This document shows, in pieces, positions 20,252-29,833 of a stretch of 64,000 bases of DNA. This DNA is from Candidatus Eiseniibacteriota bacterium (GTDB lineage: Bacteria > Eisenbacteria > RBG-16-71-46). The position numbers and the translations under genes are program-made. Within the stretch, counting starts at the first letter, position 1. Each line of letters begins with the position of its first letter. Under the pieces are notes generated by a model. It did not search any database, was not told the origin of the DNA, and saw only the letters and a list, made by a program, of their open reading frames with translations. The stretch is from positions 3,462 through 67,461 of the forward strand of contig VBOT01000053.1 in NCBI GenBank assembly GCA_005893225.1, read 5' to 3'.

Positions 20252-20884
20252 ATGCGAATGCTCCTCTCCCTGGGCGCGGCCATCCTGATCGTCGCTGCCG
20301 CGCCCCCGGGCCGGCGCCCCCAGGCCGCCACGACTGGCCCCGACTCCGGGGCCGAGCTGATCGGGCGACCCGCGCCCCGGTGGACCTTCGACCGCTGGAT
20401 CGGGACCGAGCCCATGACCCTGGAGAAGCTCCGCGGCAAGGTGGTGCTCCTCCGCTGGTGGACCGAGGGCTGCCACTTCTGCAGCACCACGCTTCCGGTT
20501 GTCGATCGGCTGCGGAAAGCAGACCAAGCCTCGGGGTTGGTCGTGATCGGCGTCTTCCATCCCAAGCCGCCTCATCCGGTGAGCGACAAGCATATCCTCG
20601 CGGTGGCGAGGAGGATCGGCTTCTCGGGCCCGATCGCGGTGGATGGCACCTGGTCGACGCTCGATCGCTACTGGCTCGACGGCCACCCCGAGCGCGACTG
20701 GACCTCGGTCTCGTTCCTGATCGACCGGGAGGGAGTGATCCGCTGGGTGCACGGCGGAGGCGAGTATCATCCCAGCCGGGATCCGGCTCACGCGCGCTGC
20801 GATCTCGAGTATCGCGATCTCGAGAAGGCGCTGTCCGCCGCCCTGGCGGAGCAGGGCCAGGGAACCCGCCGAGGAGCGGGATGA
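20252..20884 (+). CDS. TlpA-like thioredoxin (redoxin)
   Basis: Signal peptide; LRGKVVLL.WWTEGCHFC; SFLIDREGVIR. Confidence 0.85.
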   Translation: MRMLLSLGAAILIVAAAPPGRRPQAATTGPDSGAELIGRPAPRWTFDRWIGTEPMTLEKLRGKVVLLRWWTEGCHFCSTTLPVVDRLRKADQASGLVVIGVFHPKPPHPVSDKHILAVARRIGFSGPIAVDGTWSTLDRYWLDGHPERDWTSVSFLIDREGVIRWVHGGGEYHPSRDPAHARCDLEYRDLEKALSAALAEQGQGTRRGAG

Positions 20885-20894
20885 CCTCGGCGAA

Positions 20895-20924
20895 TTGAGA
20901 ATCCCCCGAGCGCTCTGATAGGCT
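20895..20924 (+). promoter_or_regulatory. Sigma70-like promoter upstream of the mfd leader
   Basis: TTGAGA-18 nt-TAGGCT with an extended TG. Confidence 0.5.
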
Positions 20925-20969
20925 CGGTGTCGCCTCGCGAAAGCGAGGCGTGTTCGTATAGAGCCGCGA

Positions 20970-20998
20970 CCGTCGCGGGAGAATCCGCGACGGCTTTT
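20970..20998 (+). terminator. Intrinsic terminator-like hairpin in the mfd leader
   Basis: ccgtcgcgg-gagaat-ccgcgacgg followed by cTTTT. Confidence 0.55.
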
Positions 20999-21028
20999 GG
21001 CGTTTGGTGCGCGATCGAGGTCGATGCG

Positions 21029-24000
21029 ATGGGCTCTCCTCCGCAGCGCGTGCTGGGCGCGGCCCCGCCCCGGGCCGCGCCGGACGTGTACCTCAGGGAC
21101 GAGATCGCCGAGTCGCTGGCGAAGCACGCCGAGCGCCTTCCCGAGGCGCGCGAGTTGCTCGCCGCGCTGGACGGCCGGGGCCCGGAAGCCGCGCGCCCTC
21201 CATCGCCCGGGGCCGCCACGTCCCGCCTCGCGGTGCGCGGGCTCACGGGCTCGGCGCGCGGCTTCCTCGCCTCGTGGCTCCAGCGCGCGACCGGGCGCAC
21301 CGTCCTCTATCTCGTGGCGCACGGCGAGGGCTTCGAGGAGGCGCGCGACGACGTCGAGTACTTCCGCGGCGCCGCCCAGACGCTGGCCTTCCCCGAGCCG
21401 GACAACCTCCCCTACGACCCCTCCTCGCCTCACACGGGCATCACCGCCCAGCGGCTCGAGACCCTGGCCCGGCTGGCCCGCGGCGAGCAGGGGGTGGTGC
21501 TCGGCACGGTGCGCGGTCTGATCCAGCGCGTCCCGCTGCCGGCCCGCCTGGGGAAGGTACTGCTGACGCTCTCGGTCGGGAGCGACTACGCTCCCCAGGA
21601 GCTGGTCCAGCGCCTCGCCTACATGGGCTACGAACGGTTGCCCGAGGTCGAGGCGGTGGGGCAGTTCGCGCGTCGCGGCGGGATCCTCGACGTCTATCCG
21701 GTCGGGCTCGCCGACCCGATCCGGCTCGAGTTCGATGGGGACACGCTGATCTCGCTCCGGCGCTTCGACGCCGGATCGCAGCGCTCGCTGGAGCAGCTCC
21801 CCCACGCCCAGATCACGCCGCGCTACGAGGTGGTGGTCGGGCCGGAGGAGGTGGAGGCGGTGACGGAACGGCTCGAGCGGGCCGCCGCGATCGGGGCCGT
21901 CGAGGGCGCAGCGCCCGACGACGATGACGGGCCCACTGGGACCCGCCGGTCGCCGGCGGGGGACGGCAGTGTGGGAACCCTCTTCCACGACGGGATGGAG
22001 CGGTTCGCGGCCCACTACGATCCCGATCTCGGCTCCCTGGCCGACTACCTTCCCGAGGACATGATCGTGGTGCGCGACGATCCCGGCAAGCTCCGCCAGC
22101 GCGCCGAGGACCTGGAGCGCACGATCGAGCGCGGCTTCCACGAGTGGCGGGCGCACTACCCTTCGATCTCGCGGCCCGAGGAGCTCTTCCTGCCTGCCGG
22201 AACACTCGACGAGATCGCCGCCCGCTACCCGGGAGTCGACTGGATGGGCCCGGTCGGGGAGACCTGGGAGCGCGGCGCCTACGCCGGCGATCTGCTGGTC
22301 GACTGCGTGCCGCCCGAGCCGGTGCAGCGCTCGATCGAGCGCCTGAAGGCCCACCTCGCCGAGCTCGGCGCCAACCGCATCCGCCCGGTGATCCTGTGCG
22401 ACAACCCGGGGCAGCGCGACCGGCTCTTGGAGATGCTGGGGGACACCGGCGCCACGCTCGGAGTGGGCCTGGTCTCGGAGGGTTTCACGCTCAAGGGGGC
22501 AGGGCTCGCGGTCCTCACCGACCACGAGATCTTCGCCCGCTACCGGCGCCGCCGCCGCCGGCTCAAGCGCACCGGTGGCCTCTCGCTCATGGAGCTCTCG
22601 GCGCTCAAGCTCGGCGACTACGTGGTGCACGAGGACCACGGCATCGGGGTCTATCGCGGGATGAAGCGCCTCACCTTGAACGGGCAGGAGACCGATTGCG
22701 TCGAGATCTCCTACGCCGAGAGCGACCGGCTCTTCGTTCCGGTGCAGCAACTCGCCCTGGTGTCGCGCTACTCCGCCGGCGAGGGCGCCCGTCCGAGCGT
22801 CCATCGGCTCGGCTCGGGGAGCTGGCAGAAGACCAAGGCGCGCGCCAAGAAGGCGATCCAGGACATGGCCGAGAGCCTGGTGAAGGCTTATGCCGCGCGC
22901 AAGGCCCTGCCGGGTCACGCCTTCAAGCCCGACACGGTGTGGCAGCGCGAGCTCGAGGCGTCGTTCCCCTACGAGGAGACTCCCGACCAGATGCGCGCCA
23001 TCGAGGAAGTGAAGGAGGACCTCGAGTCGACGCTGCCGATGGACCGTCTGATCTGCGGAGACGTGGGATACGGCAAGACCGAGGTGGCGATCCGCGCCGC
23101 CTTCAAGGTGGTGCAGGAGGGCATGCAGGTGGCCGTCCTGGTCCCCACCACCATCCTCGCGCAGCAGCACCTGCTGACCTTCCGCGAGCGCCTCGCCGAC
23201 TACCCGGTGCGGGTCGAGGTGCTCTCGCGGTTCCGCACCGCGCGCGACCAGAAGGCAGTGCTGAAGAGTCTCGAGAAGGGCGAGGTCGACATTGTCGTCG
23301 GCACCCACCGGCTGCTCTCCAAGGACGTGCGCTTCCGGAAGCTCGGGCTGGTGGTGATCGACGAGGAGCACCGCTTCGGCGTGGCGCAGAAGGAGAAGAT
23401 CCGCCAGATGACGCGGCTGGTGGACGTGCTGGCCATGACCGCCACGCCGATCCCGCGCACCCTGAACCTGAGCCTCGCCGGGGCGCGCGACATGTCGGTG
23501 ATCGAGACGCCCCCGCGCGACCGGCTGCCGGTCCACACCGAGACGCTCGAGTACGACGAGGAGGTGATCGCTGACGCGATCCTGCGCGAGGTGGACCGCG
23601 GCGGGCAGGTGTTCTTCGTCCACAACCGGGTGGAGACCATCCACAACGTGGCGCTCCGCGTCCAGAAGCTGGTGCCGCAGGTGCGGGTGGCGGTCGGCCA
23701 CGGGCAGATGGCGGAGCGCCAGCTCGAGCATGTGATGCTCGACTTCCTGGAGAAGAAGACCGACGTGCTGGTCTCGACCATGATCATCGAGTCCGGGCTC
23801 GACATCCCGAGCGTCAACACCCTGGTGGTGGACCGCGCCGACACGCTGGGGCTGGCCCAGCTCTACCAGCTCCGCGGCCGCGTGGGCCGCTCGTCCCATC
23901 GCGCCTACGCCTACCTGCTCGTGCCCTCGCGCCGCGTGCTCACCGAGGACGCCGAGAAGCGGCTGCGGGTGATCGAGGAGTTCGACGATCTCGGCGTGGG

Positions 24001-24640
24001 CTTCAAGATCGCGCTCAAAGACCTGGAGATCCGGGGTGCGGGGAACCTGCTCGGGCCCGAGCAGAGCGGCTTCATCACGGGGCTCGGCTTCGACCTCTAC
24101 GTCAAGCTGCTCGAGGAGGCGGTCACGGAGCTCAAGGGCGAGGCCGCGGAGGTCGGGCCCGAGCCGCGCCTCCTGACCGACTGGAGCGCCTACCTACCCG
24201 ACGATTACGTCCCCGACGAGCACGAGAAGCTCAACCTCTACCGGCGGCTGGCCGAGACGCGCTCGCTGGACGAGCTGGACGACCTGACCCTGGAGATGCT
24301 CGACCGGTTCGGCCAGCTGCCCCCGCCCGCGGTGGCGCTGTTCGAGCTGCGGAGGCTCAGGCTCCTCGGGCGCGGCGGGCCGCTGCGCGGCGGAGAAACA
24401 CCGCGAGGCCGCGGCCTGGTCGAGAGCCTGCGCGTGTTCCAGGAGGTGGCCGAGCTCACCCTGCGCCGCCCGCTCAAGCCCGACGAGATCCGGGTGGTCG
24501 TGGGCTCCCTCAACTTCCAGGTCGAGTTCGCCTCCGGTCGGGAGTTCGGGATGAGGGTGCGGGGGCAGTGGATCGCGCTGCTCAACCGGACGCGGGAGAT
24601 GCTGGAGGTGATGGGGGCCACGGTGGGCGGCGGGGATTGA
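21029..24640 (+). CDS. mfd: Transcription-repair coupling factor
   Basis: UvrB-homology region, RID (YVVHEDHGIG), GDVGYGKT, DEEH, TATPIPRT, QLRGRVGR, DLEIRGAGNLLG, TRCF domain. Confidence 0.97.
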   Translation: MGSPPQRVLGAAPPRAAPDVYLRDEIAESLAKHAERLPEARELLAALDGRGPEAARPPSPGAATSRLAVRGLTGSARGFLASWLQRATGRTVLYLVAHGEGFEEARDDVEYFRGAAQTLAFPEPDNLPYDPSSPHTGITAQRLETLARLARGEQGVVLGTVRGLIQRVPLPARLGKVLLTLSVGSDYAPQELVQRLAYMGYERLPEVEAVGQFARRGGILDVYPVGLADPIRLEFDGDTLISLRRFDAGSQRSLEQLPHAQITPRYEVVVGPEEVEAVTERLERAAAIGAVEGAAPDDDDGPTGTRRSPAGDGSVGTLFHDGMERFAAHYDPDLGSLADYLPEDMIVVRDDPGKLRQRAEDLERTIERGFHEWRAHYPSISRPEELFLPAGTLDEIAARYPGVDWMGPVGETWERGAYAGDLLVDCVPPEPVQRSIERLKAHLAELGANRIRPVILCDNPGQRDRLLEMLGDTGATLGVGLVSEGFTLKGAGLAVLTDHEIFARYRRRRRRLKRTGGLSLMELSALKLGDYVVHEDHGIGVYRGMKRLTLNGQETDCVEISYAESDRLFVPVQQLALVSRYSAGEGARPSVHRLGSGSWQKTKARAKKAIQDMAESLVKAYAARKALPGHAFKPDTVWQRELEASFPYEETPDQMRAIEEVKEDLESTLPMDRLICGDVGYGKTEVAIRAAFKVVQEGMQVAVLVPTTILAQQHLLTFRERLADYPVRVEVLSRFRTARDQKAVLKSLEKGEVDIVVGTHRLLSKDVRFRKLGLVVIDEEHRFGVAQKEKIRQMTRLVDVLAMTATPIPRTLNLSLAGARDMSVIETPPRDRLPVHTETLEYDEEVIADAILREVDRGGQVFFVHNRVETIHNVALRVQKLVPQVRVAVGHGQMAERQLEHVMLDFLEKKTDVLVSTMIIESGLDIPSVNTLVVDRADTLGLAQLYQLRGRVGRSSHRAYAYLLVPSRRVLTEDAEKRLRVIEEFDDLGVGFKIALKDLEIRGAGNLLGPEQSGFITGLGFDLYVKLLEEAVTELKGEAAEVGPEPRLLTDWSAYLPDDYVPDEHEKLNLYRRLAETRSLDELDDLTLEMLDRFGQLPPPAVALFELRRLRLLGRGGPLRGGETPRGRGLVESLRVFQEVAELTLRRPLKPDEIRVVVGSLNFQVEFASGREFGMRVRGQWIALLNRTREMLEVMGATVGGGD

Positions 24641-24752
24641 GGGGCACGCTCCCCTCTCGCCACGCGCTCGTTGCCGGGCCCCAGTCTCCCGGGCTCTTGC
24701 GCCCCCACCGGACCTCCTCTACGGTGGTCGGCCGACCTCGACCTGGAGGACC

Positions 24753-26456
24753 ATGACCGCTCTCGATCGGCGCCTCGCCCTTCTCTCGGCGCTCGCCCTC
24801 GCGCTCGCCGGCTGCTCGCAAGGCTCGCCGGTGCTGGCGAGGATCGGCAGCCGCACCATCACCGTGGCCGAGTTCACCGACGTCGCGCGCGGCGCCGGGG
24901 GGCGCTATCCGGGTTCGCCCGACAGCGCCAAGGCCATGCTGCTCGAGGACCTCATCCGCCGCTCCCAGATGCTCGAGCGCGCCTGGCGGAGCGGACTCCT
25001 CGTGGACAGCCTGGTGCGCCGCTATCGACGGAACGTCGAGGGCGAGGTCCTCGCGGCCGCGCTGGTCGAGCGCGAGGTGCCGCGCGACGTCCCCGTGACC
25101 GACGCCGAGGTGGCACAGTTCTACGAATGGCGCAAGACGTCGGCCCACGTCCAGGCGATCTACGCCTCGGATCGAGGGATGGCCGAACAGGCGATGCGCG
25201 ACCTCGAGCGCGGCGAGGACTTCGCCGCCGTGGCCGACCACTACAACCAGCAGGGAATGATCCCGCGCGGAGGGGACCTGGGCTTCCTCACGCCGGGAAC
25301 GCTCGTCAATCCCCTCGACGGCTACGTGCGCGACGCCCCGCTCGGTCGGCCCGTGGGCCCGATCGAGGTGCACGGCCAGGGCTGGTTCATCCTCAGGGTG
25401 ATGGAGCGCAGGCGCGAGGCCCAGGAGCCGCTGGCGCTCCAGCAGGCCAACCTCCGGGCCATGTTGCAGCAGCGCAAGCAGCGGGCGCTGGCGATGCGCG
25501 TCTTCGAGAACCTGCGCGAAGCCTACCGCCTCGAGGTCGACCCCGAAGGTCCGAGGACGCTGTTCGCGCGCTTCAACACCCCGCCGCTGATCGAGGGCAT
25601 GGGAGGGGAGTCCGCGCCCCCGCCGCCGAGCCCGGGAGAGCGCGCGCGGGTGCTGGCGCGTTACGACGGCGGCGAGGGGTACCGCGGCGTCTACACCCTA
25701 GGGGACGCCGTCGACGAGCTCGACCAGGGCGCCGACCCCCCGCCGGCAAAGATGCTGCCCGCGTTCCAGATCTGGATCGAGTCGCGGGTGCTGCAGCGCC
25801 TGCTCGTGCTCGAGGCGCGGCGCCGGCACCTCCACCAGGAGCCCGCGATCGCCCGGCGCATCGAGAATCGCGTCGACGACTACGTGCTCGATTCCATCTA
25901 TCAGGCCGAGGTGCTCACCCGCGCCGAGACCACCGACGACGAGGTTCGAGCCGCCTACGAGCGGCAGTCACCCTCGCTGGCCGAGCTCGGCGGGGCCCAC
26001 GTGATGCACCTCACCGTTCCCGACTCGGCGCTGGCCGAGATGGTGATCCAGCATGCGCGGGCCGCGCCCACGCTGCGGGACGCCATCCTTCATTCCTCCC
26101 CGGGCATCCAGGTGCACGAGGAGGACGTGCGCTATCCGACCACGGATTCGCTGTGGAGCGGGCTCAGGCCGGCGCTGGCCGCGACCGAGCCCGGCGCCTA
26201 CGTCGGGCCGCTGCCGGCCGGCAAGGGCTGGATCGTCATCCAGGTGATCTCCAAGCAACAGGAGATCCCGCCGTTCGAGAAGCTCACTCCCGTGCTCCAG
26301 CACAACCTGCGGGCCGAGGCGGCGCAGCTCGCCCAGGAGCGGCTGCTCGGCCGGCTCCTCGACTCGCTCAGGCGCGCGCTTCCGCCGTGGGTGGATCGCG
26401 CGCAGCTCAAGCGGATCCCCTGGCCGGTCGGGGCCGAGGGCGCCCCAGGGGCCTAG
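24753..26456 (+). CDS. Parvulin-type peptidyl-prolyl isomerase lipoprotein (PrsA/PpiD-like)
   Basis: Lipobox LAGC; GEDFAAVA, GGDLGF and GPI...GWFIL motifs; follows mfd. Confidence 0.75.
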   Translation: MTALDRRLALLSALALALAGCSQGSPVLARIGSRTITVAEFTDVARGAGGRYPGSPDSAKAMLLEDLIRRSQMLERAWRSGLLVDSLVRRYRRNVEGEVLAAALVEREVPRDVPVTDAEVAQFYEWRKTSAHVQAIYASDRGMAEQAMRDLERGEDFAAVADHYNQQGMIPRGGDLGFLTPGTLVNPLDGYVRDAPLGRPVGPIEVHGQGWFILRVMERRREAQEPLALQQANLRAMLQQRKQRALAMRVFENLREAYRLEVDPEGPRTLFARFNTPPLIEGMGGESAPPPPSPGERARVLARYDGGEGYRGVYTLGDAVDELDQGADPPPAKMLPAFQIWIESRVLQRLLVLEARRRHLHQEPAIARRIENRVDDYVLDSIYQAEVLTRAETTDDEVRAAYERQSPSLAELGGAHVMHLTVPDSALAEMVIQHARAAPTLRDAILHSSPGIQVHEEDVRYPTTDSLWSGLRPALAATEPGAYVGPLPAGKGWIVIQVISKQQEIPPFEKLTPVLQHNLRAEAAQLAQERLLGRLLDSLRRALPPWVDRAQLKRIPWPVGAEGAPGA

Positions 26457-26598
26457 GGACGGTCCGGCCCGAGGGCCGTAGAGAGACTCTCGCAGCGCGC
26501 GGAGGCAGGAGCCGGAGCGCGCGTCGCGAGTCAGCGAGCCGGAGACAGGATGGCGGAGGCCGCGGGTCTCTCGGAGGCCCTCGGGCCAGACCGTCCCT
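26455..26598. repeat. Structured extragenic element, copy 1
   Basis: Outer inverted repeat agggacggtc.ggcccgagggcc / ggccctcgggcc.gaccgtccct; clearly homologous to 56702-56832. Confidence 0.85.
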
Positions 26599-26602
26599 CG
26601 AT

Positions 26603-27397
26603 TCACCTCAGGCGCCGGCGCACCTCGGCGGCGCGCCGCTCGCTCGCCTCGACCCGGGTGCCGTCCTTGAGCTTCAGGACCAGCACTCCGTCCTCGCCGC
26701 CGTACGACTCGACGGCATCGAGATTGACGAGCGCCGCGCGGTGGACGCGCACGAACCGGCCCGGCGGCAGGCGGCGCTCCAGCTCCTGGAGCGTGTAGTC
26801 GACCAGGTACTCGCGCCCCTCCGAGCGGGCCAGCACCAGCCGGTCGCGCGAGAACACCAGCGGCACCTGGTCGAGCTCGAGCAGCCTCACCTCGCGGCGG
26901 TGGCGCACCGGCAAGCGCCTGAGCTCGGGCATGCGCTCGCGGAGGCCCGGCGAGGCCAGCGCCTTCTCGAGCGCCCTCGCGTGCGCCGTGCGGTCGGGGT
27001 CGCTGGCCTCGGCGGCCACCCGCCGCACCGTCTCGGCCAGGCGCTCGCGGCGGATCGGCTTGAGCACGTAGTCGAGCGCCGCCACCTCGAAGGCCTCCAC
27101 GGCGTAACGGTCGTAGGCCGTCACGAACACCACCAGAGGGGCCCCGGGCCCCTCGAGGTGCCGGGCCACCTCGAGGCCGGAGAGGTCGGGCATGTGGATG
27201 TCGAGGAACGCCACGTCGGGGGCGTGCTCCGCGATCATGGCCAGGGCCTCGGCGCCGCTCTTCGCCGCCGCCACCACCTCGACCGAATCGTGCTCGGAGA
27301 GCAGCTTCTCGAGGAACTGGCGCGCGCGCGGCTCGTCGTCGGCGATCAGCACGCGCACCGGGCGGCCTCCCGGCGGCCCGGGCCCCGCCGCGCTCAT
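26603..27397 (-). CDS. LytTR-family response regulator
   Basis: IADDE, FLDIHMP, FVTAYD, DYVLKP; LytTR motif FVRVHRAALVNL. Confidence 0.95.
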   Translation of the reverse strand: MSAAGPGPPGGRPVRVLIADDEPRARQFLEKLLSEHDSVEVVAAAKSGAEALAMIAEHAPDVAFLDIHMPDLSGLEVARHLEGPGAPLVVFVTAYDRYAVEAFEVAALDYVLKPIRRERLAETVRRVAAEASDPDRTAHARALEKALASPGLRERMPELRRLPVRHRREVRLLELDQVPLVFSRDRLVLARSEGREYLVDYTLQELERRLPPGRFVRVHRAALVNLDAVESYGGEDGVLVLKLKDGTRVEASERRAAEVRRRLR

Positions 27398-29547
27398 GCC
27401 GCGGCCTTCGAGCGCGAGCACCAGCGCATCGTCACCGCGAATCCCCCTTCCGGCCGCGGCACGGCATCCATCACCGCGGCGCTCCCCGCGAACCGCTTGA
27501 GGCGCTGCTCGAGATTGCCGAGACCCAGACCGAGCCCGGGCGCCCCGTTGCCGGACGCGCCGTCGTCGCTGAACACCAGCGTCAGCCAGTCCGCCTCGCG
27601 CCGGGCCTCGAGCCGCAGGTGGAGGGCCCCGTTCCCGGGCGCGCAGCCGTGCTTCAGGCTGTTCTCCACCAGCGGCTGGAGCAGGAGCGGCGGCACCGCC
27701 GCCGAGAGCAGCTCCGGGGTCCCGCGGTACTCGAAGCTCAGCGGGTTCTCGTAGCGCTCGCGCGCCACGCCCAGGTAGTCCTCCACGAAGGCGATCTCCT
27801 CCGACAGCAGCGCCGCCCGCCGCTGGCCCGCCTCGATGGTGTAGCGCAGCATGTCGGCGAGCCGCTCGGTGAAGCGCTGGGCGGCCTTGGGATCGGTCTC
27901 GGTGAGGTAGGAGAGCGCGTTCAGGGCGTTGAACAGGAAGTGGGGCTGGACCTGGGCGTGCAGCGCGACCAGCTCGGCCCGGGTGGCCGCCTCGCGCAGC
28001 TCGACCGCCTGGCGCTCGGCCGCGGCGCGCTGCTCATGGAGCGACAGGTTCTCGAGCCGGATGCCGGCCTGGAGCACCAGGTTCTCGATCGTGTCGCGCT
28101 CCTCGTCCCGCAGCTCCTCGTGCTCGGCGAGCCGCGGCATGCCGTGCTCGGGCCACTCGATCGCGAGCTTGCGCTTGAGGCCGCGCGCGATCGCCGAATC
28201 GACGGCGGCCCGCACCTCGTCGCGGTCGAGCGCGCCAAGCAGCTCCCGCCCCGCCTGGACCAGCGCGGCCCGCAGCGCCTGGGGATCGCGGCCGTAGAGG
28301 CGGTCGAGCCCGCGCTGCAGCCGCTCGCGGAGCGGCGCGAAGGCGAACGCCACGATCAGCGCCGCGACCACGTTGAACACCACGGCATCCTCGCCGGTCG
28401 CGGCGGCGAACAGCCGCTGCGAGACCACCACGATCCCCAGGTAGAGCGCGGCGAGCACCCCCGAGAGGAGCGCGTAGGGCGTGCTGCGCACGATCAGCCG
28501 GCGCGGGTCGAACACCGGATCGTTGGCGATCAGGTAGGCGATGAGGAGCGGCGAGGCGAGCCAGGCGAACAGGATCACGGTCGAGAGCAGTCGCATCGAC
28601 GGCAGCGTGAGCAGCGTGATCATCTGCATCTCGGGGACGAGGTCGAGCGCCGCGGCCGACAGCAGGGTGCCGGCGAGCACGATCGCGAGCACCCGCTCGC
28701 TCGCCAGGAAGCGGCGGTCCGGCGGGGCGGGGCGCGCGTAGCGCAGCAGCAGCGAGAGCGCCCCGAGCGGCAGCGCCACGGTCTGGAAGAACAGGTAGAG
28801 CCGGTCGAGCGGGGTGTGGAACGCGCGGCTCGCCACGATCAAGGCGGGCGGGGTGACGTAGGCCAGGGCCACGAGCCAGAACCACACGCTCCGGGTCGGG
28901 CCGTGGCGGCTCCAGCGCGGCCGCGGGAACACGGTCATGAAGTGGAGGAAGCTCGCCGGATACCACATGACGAGGCCGTGGTAGATCCCGAGGTAGGTCT
29001 TGAACCCACGCCCTAGCTCCACCTGGGGGAAGCGGAACAGGCTCCACATGGTCCCGAGGGCCTGGAGGATGGCGAACCACAGGAACACCCACGCCGCGTT
29101 CAGGTCGGGGCGGCGCCACACCAGCAGGATCGCGACCAGGGGCGCGGCGATCACGGTGATGAGCTGCAGGGAGAGCACCCGGGCGCGCTGCCAGGCGCTG
29201 AGGCTGAGCGGCGGCACGGTGAGGTTCAGGAGCCGACCCGAGCGCTCGATCTCCATCGCCAGCGGGCCGGCCGGCCAGCTCTTGCCCTCCCGGAAGCGCT
29301 TGAGGATGTACTGCTGGGTGATCGGGTTCCCGTCGACGGCGACGAGGATGTCTCCCCTCCGCAGCAGCCCCTTGCCCGGGGGCCCCACGACCTCCGAGAC
29401 CCGCCCGCGGTGGTCCGGGGTCCAGTCGAGCTTGACGCCGAGCCGCTGGTAGGGGGTATGGGTGAGGAACCGCGGAACGGTGAAGAGGATGGCGGCGAGC
29501 ACGGCGCCGAGCGCGAGCCACCGGCGTGCGCGAAACGAGAGATTCAC
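27394..29547 (-). CDS. LytS/YehU-type sensor histidine kinase with an N-terminal periplasmic PDZ domain and multiple TMs
   Basis: V..VV.GPP...LRRGDILVAVDG (PDZ); LHAQVQPHFLFNALN and LQPLVENSLKHG. Confidence 0.9.
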   Translation of the reverse strand: MNLSFRARRWLALGAVLAAILFTVPRFLTHTPYQRLGVKLDWTPDHRGRVSEVVGPPGKGLLRRGDILVAVDGNPITQQYILKRFREGKSWPAGPLAMEIERSGRLLNLTVPPLSLSAWQRARVLSLQLITVIAAPLVAILLVWRRPDLNAAWVFLWFAILQALGTMWSLFRFPQVELGRGFKTYLGIYHGLVMWYPASFLHFMTVFPRPRWSRHGPTRSVWFWLVALAYVTPPALIVASRAFHTPLDRLYLFFQTVALPLGALSLLLRYARPAPPDRRFLASERVLAIVLAGTLLSAAALDLVPEMQMITLLTLPSMRLLSTVILFAWLASPLLIAYLIANDPVFDPRRLIVRSTPYALLSGVLAALYLGIVVVSQRLFAAATGEDAVVFNVVAALIVAFAFAPLRERLQRGLDRLYGRDPQALRAALVQAGRELLGALDRDEVRAAVDSAIARGLKRKLAIEWPEHGMPRLAEHEELRDEERDTIENLVLQAGIRLENLSLHEQRAAAERQAVELREAATRAELVALHAQVQPHFLFNALNALSYLTETDPKAAQRFTERLADMLRYTIEAGQRRAALLSEEIAFVEDYLGVARERYENPLSFEYRGTPELLSAAVPPLLLQPLVENSLKHGCAPGNGALHLRLEARREADWLTLVFSDDGASGNGAPGLGLGLGNLEQRLKRFAGSAAVMDAVPRPEGGFAVTMRWCSRSKAAA

Positions 29548-29728
29548 ATGAAAACTCTGCCACATGGCGGGAACGAGCCTCAAACATCCATTATCGCTTG
29601 CCGGGTGGCCCGCGGCCGCGGCTTGTCGACGAGCGCGGCGGCCCCGATGCACCAGCGCGGGGCGGTCTAGCGAATGAAGGCCCGTGGCTTGCTGTAGCTT
29701 ATGGCTGTATCCAGCAATGTCGGGGGGC

Positions 29729-29734
29729 TATAAT
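29729..29734 (+). promoter_or_regulatory. -10 box upstream of surA
   Basis: TATAAT about 100 nt before the start, in the divergent intergenic region. Confidence 0.45.
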
Positions 29735-29833
29735 CGCTGGCCGCTCTGAGCGGTAGGGGCCGAGGCAGGTCACCGACCTGTCAGGAAGCTCACCCGACCG
29801 GTCGTCTGTCTTCCACACTTGGAGGTTGAGACT

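Noticed and set aside
20951..20965. LexA box upstream of mfd (TGTTCGTATAGAGC)
   Set aside because: Only one half-site matches known GTTC/GAAC-type boxes
20201..23899. 1232-aa minus-strand ORF and many other long ORFs (e.g. 24671-27754, 36543-39233, 41191-44145, 54560-57544)
   Set aside because: Antisense or alternate-frame shadows of clear genes in GC-rich DNA; Arg/Gly/Pro-rich with no motifs
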